Source: an uncultured Alphaproteobacteria bacterium
Lineage (GTDB): Bacteria; Pseudomonadota; Alphaproteobacteria; MPNO01; DASWLB01
DNA: 64,000 nucleotides
Reading direction: 5' to 3'
NCBI GenBank assembly: GCA_963817535.1
Contig: CAWFOW010000011.1
Coordinates: 243,473 to 307,472, forward strand
A program made the translations under genes and the position numbers. The notes beneath the pieces are model-generated. The model was given only the letters and a program-made list of their open reading frames with translations, searched no databases and was not told the DNA's origin. Below, piece by piece: positions 1 to 9,456 of this stretch; the stretch's first letter is position 1; every line of letters begins with the position of its first letter.

Positions 1-495
1 ATCCATCCGTCGCGCGAGCGCGCGGGCGATATGGCGTTCGATGCTCGTGCGGACCGGCGTTCCGGTGCGCTCGGTGCGCAGCGCATGGGCGAACCAGTGG
101 TCGCGGAAGTCGGCGATCCATCGGCAGCGATGGAGCCGCCGCAGCAGCACGCCGCCGACATGGGCCGATTCGGGCGGGCTTGTCGTGAACACCCAGTCGG
201 GATCGAAGCCGAGCGTCGCGCGGCTGGCTCGGACCGCCCAGCGCACGTCCGGGTCGGGCAGCAGCAGCGCGCCGCGCACGCGGTCCCGCAGCGTCGCGCG
301 CGTTGCCGCATCGGCCGTCGCGGGATCGACATGCGGATGCGGGATCGGGATCACATCGACGCCGTCGCACGGCGCGGGTGCCAGCACCCGGACCTCGTGT
401 CCCGCATCCGCCAGCGCGCGGGCAAGCAGATACGGCCGCCTTGCCCCGCCCGAGACGGCGGGCGGAAAGTGGCGGCACAGCATTACGATCCGCAT
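1..495 (-). CDS. glycosyltransferase family 4, N-terminal part (gene continues beyond window start)
   Basis: Minus-strand ATG at 495..493 preceded by GAGG. Translation MRIVMLCRHFPPAVSGGARRPYLLARALADAGHEVRVLAPAP...TSIERHIARALARRMD is a typical GT4 N-terminal domain. It is absent from the ORF track only because it is cut by the window edge. Confidence 0.65.
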   Translation of the reverse strand, partial: MRIVMLCRHFPPAVSGGARRPYLLARALADAGHEVRVLAPAPCDGVDVIPIPHPHVDPATADAATRATLRDRVRGALLLPDPDVRWAVRASRATLGFDPDWVFTTSPPESAHVGGVLLRRLHRCRWIADFRDHWFAHALRTERTGTPVRTSIERHIARALARRMD

Positions 496-502
496 GGCGG
501 CC

Positions 503-2392
503 TCAGCCTGAAATCCATCGCGTGTGCCAGAGCGCGAGGTCGGTCAGCGCCCAGAGCGGGACGGAGCGGTCGCGCCGCCCGCTGCGATGGATCTCGAACA
601 GGCGGTCAATCGCGGCGCGGTCGAATTCGGGCCCGTCGAACAGCCGGCATTTGGTCACGGCGTCCTGCGCGACGCGGCCGAACTCGCCCTTCAGCCATTC
701 GGCGACCGGCGCGCCGAACCCGACCTTCGGCCGGTCGAGCACCCCGTCCGGCACAAGTCCGCGCAGCGCCGCCTTCAGAACGTGCTTCGGGTCGTGGCCC
801 GCGATCTTGTCGCGCGCCGGGATCGACATCGCATATTCCACCAGCGCGTGGTCGAGATAGGGCACGCGCGCCTCCACCCCGTGCGCCATGCACATCTTGT
901 CGACGCGCATCAGCAGAAGCTCGGGCAGGCGCAGCTTCAGCTCGCCGTAGATCATGCGCCCCAGCGTCTCGCCGCCCGCGAGCGGCCGCAGGTTTTCCTC
1001 GACGATGTCGCCCGGCGCCGCGCCGGACATGGGCCGATAGATGTCGCGCCGGGCGCTCGGCCAGAACCCGATCGCGCCGCCCCAGAACAGCGCGCGCCCC
1101 TGCGCCACGCGGTCGAGAATGTCGCAATAGGCCTCGGCCTTCCGCGAGCGATGGCGCGCTGCGCGCGCCGCCGCCGCCATCAGCGCGACCGCGCCGCGCG
1201 GCAGATGGCGCAGCCGCCGCGCATACTTCGCCTCGAAATCGAGATAGGCGAGGTAGCCGGGATAGCCGGCGAAGATCTCGTCCGCCCCTTCGCCGCACAG
1301 CACCGACTTGATGCCCGCCTCGCGGGCGAGTCCGGCGACGAAGTAGAGCGGCAGGCACACCCAGTCGGCCAGCGGCTCGTCCTGCTGGTAGGCCAGCCGG
1401 TCGAGGAGGCCGATCGCGTCCCTCTCGGCGATGCGGATCTCGCGATGGTCCGTCCCGTACGCGTCGGCCACCTCGCGCGCCACGCCGAATTCGTTGAGTC
1501 CGGTGTGGTCCGAAAATCCGACCGTGAAGGTGTTGAGCCGTGCGCCGCCGCCGCTTGTCATCAACGCGGCCAGCGCCGACAAATCCACCCCGCCCGAGAG
1601 CATCAGCCCGACCGGCACGTCGGCGAGGCGCTGGCGCGCGACCGCCGCTTCGAGCCGCGATCGCACGCCGGCCACCGGATCGCCGGGCGGCGCATCGGTC
1701 GGCGGCGCGTCCCAGTAGCGCCGGACCGAATAGCGCCCGTCCGCTTCCGCCACCGCATAGTGCGCGGCCGGTAGCTTGGCGATGCCGCGGAACAGGGTGC
1801 GGGGCGCGGGTGCGACGAGGAAGGTGAGGTAGCTTGCGAGCGCCGCCGTCTCGACCTCGCGCGGCACGGCAGGGTCGGCGAGCAAGGCCTTGATTTCCGA
1901 AGCGAAACGCAGCGTCGTTCCGGTCTGCAACACGTAGAGCGGCTTGATGCCGAGCCGGTCGCGCGCGAGGTGAAGGCGCCGCGCGTCCGCGTCCCACAGC
2001 GCGAAGGCGAACATTCCGTCCAGCCGGTCGAGCAGCCCTTCGAGGCCCCAGGCGGCATAGCCGTGGATCAGCACCTCGGTGTCGGCGTGGTCGGTCTCGA
2101 ACCGCGCGCCCGTGGCGGCGAGCGCGGCGCGCAACTCGGCGTGGTTGTAGATCTCGCCGTTATAGGTGACGACGATGCGCCCGTCCGCGGAGCGCATCGG
2201 CTGGCCCGCGTCGGGCGCGAGATCGAGGATGGCGAGCCGGCGATGGCCGAACCCGACCCGGCGGTCCTCGGCGATCCAGACGCCTTCCCCATCCGGCCCC
2301 CGGTGCGCCAGCGCGGCGTTCATCGCGTCGAGCAGCGGCCGCGCGACGCCGCCGTCCGCCCCCCACGCCAGCACGCCCGAGATGCCGCACAT
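503..2392 (-). CDS. asnB: asparagine synthetase (glutamine-hydrolysing) family amidotransferase, paralog 1
   Basis: 629 aa. N-terminal MCGI (class II glutamine amidotransferase Cys2), SGGVDS PP-loop-like motif and overall AsnB/WbpS-like architecture. The stop lies 7 nt upstream of the GT4 start. Confidence 0.85.
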   Translation of the reverse strand: MCGISGVLAWGADGGVARPLLDAMNAALAHRGPDGEGVWIAEDRRVGFGHRRLAILDLAPDAGQPMRSADGRIVVTYNGEIYNHAELRAALAATGARFETDHADTEVLIHGYAAWGLEGLLDRLDGMFAFALWDADARRLHLARDRLGIKPLYVLQTGTTLRFASEIKALLADPAVPREVETAALASYLTFLVAPAPRTLFRGIAKLPAAHYAVAEADGRYSVRRYWDAPPTDAPPGDPVAGVRSRLEAAVARQRLADVPVGLMLSGGVDLSALAALMTSGGGARLNTFTVGFSDHTGLNEFGVAREVADAYGTDHREIRIAERDAIGLLDRLAYQQDEPLADWVCLPLYFVAGLAREAGIKSVLCGEGADEIFAGYPGYLAYLDFEAKYARRLRHLPRGAVALMAAAARAARHRSRKAEAYCDILDRVAQGRALFWGGAIGFWPSARRDIYRPMSGAAPGDIVEENLRPLAGGETLGRMIYGELKLRLPELLLMRVDKMCMAHGVEARVPYLDHALVEYAMSIPARDKIAGHDPKHVLKAALRGLVPDGVLDRPKVGFGAPVAEWLKGEFGRVAQDAVTKCRLFDGPEFDRAAIDRLFEIHRSGRRDRSVPLWALTDLALWHTRWISG

Positions 2393-2426
2393 CAGCGTCG
2401 CGTCGCGTTGCGGCAGGGCGGGTGCG

Positions 2427-4394
2427 TCACAGGCAGTTCTCGTTGCCCTCGATCCATACCTCGTGCCACAGCACGGCGTTGAGCACGGTCCAGAGATGGA
2501 AGCTGTACCCGCCGCCCGGCCCCATCTGATGCTTCAACAGGCCGGTGAAGTAGGCGTCGTCGAAGAAGCCCTCCTTGCGCAGCCGCGAGTTCTCGTACGC
2601 GGCCAGCATGCGGCGGCCGAAGTCCGGTTCCTTGAACCACTGCTCCATCGGCGCGCCGAACCCCTGCTTGCGCCGGTACAAGAGGTCATGATCGACATAC
2701 GGCTCCGACGCGCGCTTCAGCACCTTCTTGCCGATGCCGTCGCGCAGCTTGTAGGCGGGCGGCAGGCGCGTCGCGAACTCCACCACCTCGTGGTCGAGGA
2801 ACGGCACGCGCGCCTCCACCGAATGCGCCATCGTCATCTTGTCGACGCGCATCAGCAGGTGCTCGGGCAGGCGCAGCTTCATTTCCATGTAGGGGATCTT
2901 CTGCATCGTCTCGGGCGCGATCAGGTGCCCGGTCAGGCCGGAAAGGATATCCGACACGACGGCGTGGCTGTCCGGGCGTTGATAGGTCTCGGGCAGCAGC
3001 CCCTCGATCGGACAATCGATGCGGCCGGCGAACGGGCCGGGATCGGGGGTGAGCTGGCGGCGCATCTCGCCCCACCAGCAGACGGCGCCGCCCCAGAACA
3101 GCTCCTCGCCGGCGCGGGCGCGCGCGGCGATTTCCCGGTCCTCGGCCGGGGCATCGTTGCGCGGAAAGCGGCCGGCCAGTGCCGGCGCGTAGACCGTCTC
3201 CTCCTTGTCGCGGTAATGGTCGCACCACCAGTAGCCGAGGAAGTTCTCGTCGGCCCCTTCGCCCACCTGCACAACGGTGGTGCCGGACTTGCGCACCAGC
3301 TCGGCCAGGAAATAGAGCGGGATGCAGACATTGTCGGCGATCGGCTCGTCCTGCAGCTTGACCAGCAGCGGCAGGAACGCCTGCGCATCCTTCGAATCGA
3401 TGCGCGTCTCGTGGTGGTCGGTGCGGTAGCGCTCGGCGATGCGCCGCGCGTGATGGAACTCGTTCAGCTCGTCGTAGGATTCGTAGCCGACCGTGAAGGT
3501 CGTCACCGGGCGTGGCAGGATTTCGCTCATCAGCGCGGTGACGAGGCTCGAATCCACCCCGCCCGAAAGCAGCACGCCGAACGGCACGTCCGACACCATG
3601 CGCCGCTCGATCGCCCGGCGCAGCAGGCGCAGCAGCTCGTCGGCCGCCTCGTCCTCGCCGATGTCGCTCGCCCGAAGCGTGCCGGCCGCGCTCGGGCGGC
3701 AGTCCCAGTAGCGCTCGACGCTCGTCGCGCCGCGATGGTCGACGGTCAGCACGTGCCCTGCCGGCAGTTTGAATATGCCGCGGAACAGGGTCAGCGGCGC
3801 CGGCGTCACGATGAAGGTCAGGTAGTGCCAGAACGCCGCCCGGTCCATCTCACGCGGCACGTCCGGGTGGGCGAGAAGCGCGCGGATCTCGGAGGCGCAC
3901 AGCCATTCGCCCGACGCGGTGCGGGTGAAGTAGACCGGCTTCACCCCGGCGCGGTCGCGCGCCATGTGGAACTGCGGCCGGGCGGGATCGCGCGCGTCGT
4001 AGATGGCGAAGGCGAACATGCCATGGAAGCGCCGGACGCAGTCGAGCCCCCATTCCTCGTAGGCGTGCAGCAGAACCTCGGTATCGGAATGGTCGGTCGC
4101 CCAGCGATACTTGCCGAGCGCGGCCAACTCGGCGCGCAGGGCGGCATGGTTGTAGATCTCGCCGTTGAACGTGACCACCACGTCGCTCGCGGCGTTGGCC
4201 ATCGGCTGGGCGGCGCTGTCGGACAGGTCGATGATCGAAAGGCGGCGGTGCGCCATGCCGCAGCGGCCGTCGATCGCGCGCCACACGCCTGCCCCGTCGG
4301 GACCGCGATGCACCATGCGGTCGCGCATGGCGGCCAGGGTCTCCGTCGAACAGACCGACCCCTGGGGCTTGAACGCCCCGACAATTCCACACAT
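2427..4394 (-). CDS. asnB: asparagine synthetase (glutamine-hydrolysing) family amidotransferase, paralog 2
   Basis: 655 aa. MCGIVGAF N-terminus and SGGVDSS motif. Second tandem AsnB-type gene on the same strand. Confidence 0.85.
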   Translation of the reverse strand: MCGIVGAFKPQGSVCSTETLAAMRDRMVHRGPDGAGVWRAIDGRCGMAHRRLSIIDLSDSAAQPMANAASDVVVTFNGEIYNHAALRAELAALGKYRWATDHSDTEVLLHAYEEWGLDCVRRFHGMFAFAIYDARDPARPQFHMARDRAGVKPVYFTRTASGEWLCASEIRALLAHPDVPREMDRAAFWHYLTFIVTPAPLTLFRGIFKLPAGHVLTVDHRGATSVERYWDCRPSAAGTLRASDIGEDEAADELLRLLRRAIERRMVSDVPFGVLLSGGVDSSLVTALMSEILPRPVTTFTVGYESYDELNEFHHARRIAERYRTDHHETRIDSKDAQAFLPLLVKLQDEPIADNVCIPLYFLAELVRKSGTTVVQVGEGADENFLGYWWCDHYRDKEETVYAPALAGRFPRNDAPAEDREIAARARAGEELFWGGAVCWWGEMRRQLTPDPGPFAGRIDCPIEGLLPETYQRPDSHAVVSDILSGLTGHLIAPETMQKIPYMEMKLRLPEHLLMRVDKMTMAHSVEARVPFLDHEVVEFATRLPPAYKLRDGIGKKVLKRASEPYVDHDLLYRRKQGFGAPMEQWFKEPDFGRRMLAAYENSRLRKEGFFDDAYFTGLLKHQMGPGGGYSFHLWTVLNAVLWHEVWIEGNENCL

Positions 4395-4584
4395 CCGCGC
4401 CTCACACCGGCGGCGGCGCGCCGCCCGAGCGGCACCATAGTGGCCGCCTCAGGCGAATCCAAACGGAACGAGAGCAATATCGATTCAGGTCGAAACGCCG
4501 TGTGATGGCCTCGCCCTTCGACAAGCTCAGGGTGAGGCCAAAGCAAAAATCCTCATCCTGAGCTTGTCGAAGGATGAACCTGCT

Positions 4585-6699
4585 TCAGCCTTCGAACCGG
4601 ATGCGCCAGGTGACGGTATCGCCCGCCACCGGCAGGACCAGCTTTTTCGTGGCAACGAGCCGGCCATAGCCGGGGGCGAGCTGCGACTCCTCGACCCGCC
4701 ATGCGCCTGCTTCGGCCGAAACGGTAAGCCGCGCCGTCCCGTGGGAGAGCATGACGGACGCGGCCGCCGCGCGTTCGACCTGCACGTCGGGATGCAAATG
4801 CAGCCCAATCGTCCTGGTTCCCGGCGCGGCGCAGGAGTTGGCGATCTCGATGCCGTCCGGCGCGATCCGGATCGTGCGCCGGCAGGGCGCGCCGTACCCG
4901 TCATGCGCGCCGACGAACAGCGACTCGCCGGCCTCGATCACGCGGGGCCGTGCTGTGTCCAGCAGATGGAACAGGCTTTCGGAGCCCGGCGCGAATTGCT
5001 CCCGCCCGGCGATCGCCAGCGTGTTGTGCATCGCCGCGCCGCGGAAGCGGCCCCGCGCCTCGGGCAGCGGCGTGTAGAGATAGCTGCCGGAATCGACGAA
5101 GAACGGCACGCCGTCGAGCGCCAGCTCGAGCGCGAGCTGGTCGTTGTGCAAATGCGATCCCGTGCCGCCGCCCGCCAGTGCGCCGCAGCGGACGGCCAGC
5201 CACATCCGGCCGGTCTCGTAGACGTAGAGCCCGAATTGCGGGAAGCGGCGCGGATTGACCTTCGGCGGTTCGCCGGGCAGGGGGCCGAACGGCGCGCCGC
5301 CGGAAAGCGCCCGCACGATCGCGCCGTCGAGGCCGTTCGGCTCGCCCTCGAACAGCGCCGCGATGGCGTCCTCGAGATGGCGGTGGTCCTGCGAGGTCTC
5401 GCCAAGCCGGAAAAAGCGTCCGCAGTCATTGTCGCCGATATCCGGGACCAGCCCGTCGGGCCGCGTGACTCCGCGGGTGAAGCGCGCGATGGCGGCGAAG
5501 CGCTCGGCCAGGGCTGGCGTGAAGATGTCGAGCGAGGTCGCGTACTTCGCCCAGCCGGGGGTTTCGGCGAGGCGCGGCTGCGACCGGGCGAGCGCCGCGG
5601 GCACGCGCGCGCGCAATCCCGCGAGGACGGCCGCGGCAAAGGCGACCGTCTCGCCGCTGAGGCGATGGTAGGCGACCGAGTCCTCGAAGTTGCCGCCATC
5701 GGGGGGGAACTGGCGCGGAACCTCGGCTGCCAGCGCCGCGCTGGCATAGGCGAGCCACGAGTCGGTCTCGTCGGATGGCGGCAGATACGCGGCGCAGAAG
5801 GCGAGCCCCGCGATGTCGCACAGGAAATGGTTGCTGCGCGCTTCGGGCGACCATTCGAGATTGCGGATCAGGAACCGGCCGTGCTCGTAGAGCGCGCGCG
5901 CCAGCACGCGCTCGAACGCGGCATCGAACGTGGCGCCCAGCGCGCGGAACAGGTCCCAGGCCAGCGCGAGGTTCGCCGCGCGGATGCCGACATCCATCGG
6001 GCAGGCCCACTGCACCCCGAAGCGCGGCGGGTTGGCCGCCAGGAAGTCGAGTACCTGATGGCGGAATTCGCTGGCGTGGACCTCGGCGTGGTCCTGGACC
6101 AGCGCCAGTGCCGGCAAATGCTGCAGCCGGCCGAGCTCCCACGGCACCTTGACGTCGACCCCGCGTATCTCGCCATAGACGATGTCGCGCCACCATGTGC
6201 GCGCGTCCCAGCGGAAGCCCGACTTGAAGTCGATCTGCCAGTCGATCGGCACGTATCCGGGCGCGACCAGCCGCCAGAGACGCTGCGCTTCGGCAAGGGC
6301 GGCCGACGGCAAAATCTCGGCGAGCCAACGCCCGTCGCCGTCGATGGCCGGAGCCGGGACGGGCGGGAACACGATACCCTCCAGCCCCGCGCACGCCATG
6401 CCATGTTTCACGTGCAACAAACCCGAGCCCAGCAGGTCGAACCGGTGTTCGAGGGTGAGGTCGGCATCGCGTGCCCGCGCCGCGGCACGGAAGTGCAGGG
6501 CCGCGCCGGGTAGTTCTGCGACATGCGGGACCAGGCGCAGCGCGTCCTCGGGCAGATCGAGCGCGTAGGTCGGCTGGCGGAGATCGGCCGCTCGCGCGCG
6601 TGCGACCGTGGTGCGGCGCCGCCACAGCGCGCGAGCGCGCCGCAACGTCTCCTGCGGCGGAAGCGACGCCGCGCGGCGCACGTAATGGATCAGCCGCAC
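4585..6699 (-). CDS. heparinase II/III-like family protein
   Basis: 704 aa. The C-terminal GSHLHNDQLALEL block resembles the conserved G-H-x-H-x-D motif of heparinase II/III-like proteins. Its size and its context next to AsnB and GT4 genes are typical of LPS/EPS loci. Confidence 0.65.
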   Translation of the reverse strand: MRLIHYVRRAASLPPQETLRRARALWRRRTTVARARAADLRQPTYALDLPEDALRLVPHVAELPGAALHFRAAARARDADLTLEHRFDLLGSGLLHVKHGMACAGLEGIVFPPVPAPAIDGDGRWLAEILPSAALAEAQRLWRLVAPGYVPIDWQIDFKSGFRWDARTWWRDIVYGEIRGVDVKVPWELGRLQHLPALALVQDHAEVHASEFRHQVLDFLAANPPRFGVQWACPMDVGIRAANLALAWDLFRALGATFDAAFERVLARALYEHGRFLIRNLEWSPEARSNHFLCDIAGLAFCAAYLPPSDETDSWLAYASAALAAEVPRQFPPDGGNFEDSVAYHRLSGETVAFAAAVLAGLRARVPAALARSQPRLAETPGWAKYATSLDIFTPALAERFAAIARFTRGVTRPDGLVPDIGDNDCGRFFRLGETSQDHRHLEDAIAALFEGEPNGLDGAIVRALSGGAPFGPLPGEPPKVNPRRFPQFGLYVYETGRMWLAVRCGALAGGGTGSHLHNDQLALELALDGVPFFVDSGSYLYTPLPEARGRFRGAAMHNTLAIAGREQFAPGSESLFHLLDTARPRVIEAGESLFVGAHDGYGAPCRRTIRIAPDGIEIANSCAAPGTRTIGLHLHPDVQVERAAAASVMLSHGTARLTVSAEAGAWRVEESQLAPGYGRLVATKKLVLPVAGDTVTWRIRFEG

Positions 6700-8225
6700 G
6701 GCACGCGCGCCTCCAGCGCGGCGAGGATCGTGGCCACGTGGTCGCGCCAGCCGTGCCGTTCCGCGTCCTTCCGGGCCGCGGCGCCGAGCCGGGCGCGCAA
6801 CGCGGCATCGCCGGCCAGGCGGTCGAGCGCGGCGGCGAGTGCGGAGGAATCGGCCGACGGCACCAGCAGCCCGTTCGCGCCGTCGCGGATCGTCTCGGCC
6901 ATTTGGCCGAGGTCGGAGGCGACCACGGCGCGGCCCATCGCCATGTACTCGACCAGCTTGGTGGGCGAGCCGAAAAACGGTGTGCTGTCGGGGTTCGGCA
7001 CTTGCGGCGAGACCAGCACGTCGCAGGCGGCGAGGTGCGCGGGCATGTCGGCGGGCGCGACGGCGCCCGTGAAGCGCGCGCGCTCGGCAAGGCCGGCTCC
7101 CGCGAGAGCCCGTTCCGCCGCCGCACGGGTCGCGCCGTCGCCGATCATCAGCAGGGCGACATCCGGCCGCTGCCGCGCGAGGATCGCGAAGGCCTCGGCC
7201 AGTATCTCCGCGCCGTGCCAGCGCCCGAACGAGCCGGAGAACCCGACGACTACGCCGTCGAGCGCGAGGCGCCGCCGCACTGCCGTGCCGTCGATCTCCG
7301 GCGCGAAGCGCGCGGTGTCGACAGCGTTGGGGGCGACCACGATCTTGCCGGGCTCGATCCCGCGCCCAGCCAGCTCGTCGCGCAGCGCCGCGCTCACCAC
7401 GGCGATCGCGTCGGCGGCCGCGAGGTTAGCGCGCTCGGCGCGGTCGGCGAGATCGGGACGGGCGAGCCCGCCGCCCCAGTGGCGCGCCATCCAGCCTTCG
7501 GCGCCGTTATATTCGAGCACCAGCGGCACGCCGCGCGCGCGGGCGAGGCGTGCGCCCGCGACGTCGAACGCCAGATTGCGGTGGTACACGAACGCGATCC
7601 GGCGGCCGGCGAGGGCGTCGTGCGCCGCGTCGAAGGCGTGGCGCGCGGCGGCGAGCGGGGCGAGGCTGGGGAAATCGCGGAAGCGCGCGGGGCGCACGAG
7701 CGGCACATGCGCCACCGCCGCGGGAAGGCCGGACAGCGGGGCCGGCGCGACGAGCAGCGGCGCACGCCCGAGTGCGGCCAGCCCTTCCAGCACGCCGCGC
7801 GCATGGCTCGCCGCGCCGCCCCAGTCCGGCATCTCCGCGAGCCCGGTGCGCAGCATGACCGGCACACCGTCCGGATCGCGGCGCGGCGGCGTCGCTGGCG
7901 GATGCAACAGCGTCTCGATGTCTTGCGCGTAGGCGCGGGAAAGCGCGGGGGCCGCCACCGCGTCGCGCAGCATCGCGCCGAATGCGCGCGCGATCGCCGT
8001 GCTTTGAACGGGCTGCGCCGCGCCGTCCCGGTCGCGCACGGCGCAGGGGCCGCGGCTGAGCAGGCGTAGCAGCATCAGGCTGACGAAGGGCCGCCGCCAT
8101 ATGGCGAGGTCCGCGACCATGAGCTCGGCGGCGGGATAGCGCCACGTGCCGAGGCCGCAGCGCCAGGCGCGGGCGAGCTGGCGCAAATCGTCGGCGACGA
8201 ACGGAGCGGTCCGGCGATCGGTCAT
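6690..8225 (-). CDS. glycosyltransferase family 4 with N-terminal extension
   Basis: 511 aa. The C-terminal EYMAMGRAVVASDLGQMAETIRDGANGLLV block is a GT4 E-x7-E-type motif. Confidence 0.8.
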   Translation of the reverse strand: MTDRRTAPFVADDLRQLARAWRCGLGTWRYPAAELMVADLAIWRRPFVSLMLLRLLSRGPCAVRDRDGAAQPVQSTAIARAFGAMLRDAVAAPALSRAYAQDIETLLHPPATPPRRDPDGVPVMLRTGLAEMPDWGGAASHARGVLEGLAALGRAPLLVAPAPLSGLPAAVAHVPLVRPARFRDFPSLAPLAAARHAFDAAHDALAGRRIAFVYHRNLAFDVAGARLARARGVPLVLEYNGAEGWMARHWGGGLARPDLADRAERANLAAADAIAVVSAALRDELAGRGIEPGKIVVAPNAVDTARFAPEIDGTAVRRRLALDGVVVGFSGSFGRWHGAEILAEAFAILARQRPDVALLMIGDGATRAAAERALAGAGLAERARFTGAVAPADMPAHLAACDVLVSPQVPNPDSTPFFGSPTKLVEYMAMGRAVVASDLGQMAETIRDGANGLLVPSADSSALAAALDRLAGDAALRARLGAAARKDAERHGWRDHVATILAALEARVPCG

Positions 8226-8267
8226 GGCGCGCCAATGTACGGCTTGGCGGCCGCGCCGGACACCGCC

Positions 8268-9449
8268 TCAGAGCAGCGGAGTAATGGGCGGAAGGCCCAG
8301 GAGTGCCCTTCCATAGACCTCCTGGTTCGTGCGCAGCGCGAGGAAGCCGTGCATGTTGATGGCGTGCAGGTCGCGGCTTGCGCGCTGCAGCGGATTGCGG
8401 TCGGCCAGCGTGCCGCCGCCCGCGGCGAGGAACAGGATCTCGACCGCCTCGAGGCAGCAGCGCACGGCCTGGGCGCAGTCCATCCGCGCGCGGGCGCGGC
8501 GCTCGATCGGCATTTCCTCGCCGGCTTCGGCGGTGCGCTCGATGTCGTCGGCGAGGCGGCGGAGCAGGAGCTCGGCCATGTCGATGCGAATCGCGGCGTC
8601 GGCCAGCTCGGCATGGGTGACGGGCCATTCCGACTGCACGTGGCCGGTATAGGCGAGCACGCGCCCGCCCTTCACATGGTCGAGGAAGGTGGCGAGCGCA
8701 CCCTTGGCAATGCCGAGCGCGGGCCCGGACAGCGCGATGTCGAGCACGGGGACCGCGGCGGCGCGGTAGAGCCACCCGTCGTGTAGCGCGAGGCCGGGCG
8801 CCTTGCCGGTGAAGGCCGTCGGCGTCGACAGGAACCGGTGCGCGGGCACGAACAGGTCCTTGCCGGCGACGCTGCAGCTTCCGGTGCCTTTGAGGCCCGA
8901 CACGTGCCAGTCGTCATTCACGGTGAGGTCCGCGGTCGGCACCAGGAATTCGCCCTCGTCGATTACCGCGCCGGAGGAGTCCTTCACCTGGCCGCCGAGG
9001 AACATCCACTGCGAATGCTGGCAGCCCGACCCGAACGGCCAGAAGCCGCCGAGGCGGTACCCGCCATCGGTGGCGGTCGCCGTGCCGCGCGGGGCGACAA
9101 CCGCGCAGGTGATGGCATCCGGATTGGCGCCGTAAAGCTCCGCCTGAGCCGACTCGGGGAACAGGCCGGACAGCCAAGTGTGGGCGTGGATCACTCCGGC
9201 CACCCAGGCCGACGAGCCGCAGCCCTGGGCCAAGGTCGAGACCACGTCGAGATGGGTGTGGATGTCGAGCTGGTGGCCGCCATAGCGCCGCGGCTGGAGG
9301 ATCTTGAGCAGCCCCGACTGGCGCAAATCGGCCACGGTCTCGTCGGGCAGGCGGCGCAACCGCTCGGCATCGAGCGCGCGCTCGCGCAGCACGGGCACCA
9401 GCGCCGCCGCACGCGCGTTCGCTTCCTCGCGGGTCAGGGCGCGGTCCAT
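8268..9449 (-). CDS. acyl-CoA dehydrogenase-fold flavoprotein (group D flavin monooxygenase-like)
   Basis: 393 aa, ACAD N-terminal and middle-domain-like sequence. The start lies 7 nt downstream of the stop of TRAP permease 9457..11424, so it is likely co-transcribed. Confidence 0.7.
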   Translation of the reverse strand: MDRALTREEANARAAALVPVLRERALDAERLRRLPDETVADLRQSGLLKILQPRRYGGHQLDIHTHLDVVSTLAQGCGSSAWVAGVIHAHTWLSGLFPESAQAELYGANPDAITCAVVAPRGTATATDGGYRLGGFWPFGSGCQHSQWMFLGGQVKDSSGAVIDEGEFLVPTADLTVNDDWHVSGLKGTGSCSVAGKDLFVPAHRFLSTPTAFTGKAPGLALHDGWLYRAAAVPVLDIALSGPALGIAKGALATFLDHVKGGRVLAYTGHVQSEWPVTHAELADAAIRIDMAELLLRRLADDIERTAEAGEEMPIERRARARMDCAQAVRCCLEAVEILFLAAGGGTLADRNPLQRASRDLHAINMHGFLALRTNQEVYGRALLGLPPITPLL

Positions 9450-9456
9450 CGCTTCG

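Noticed and set aside
31-1311. Plus-strand ORFs (426 aa, 156 aa, 185 aa) at the window start
   Set aside because: They overlap the well-supported minus-strand GT4 and asnB genes and have Arg/Pro/Ala-rich composition typical of spurious frames.
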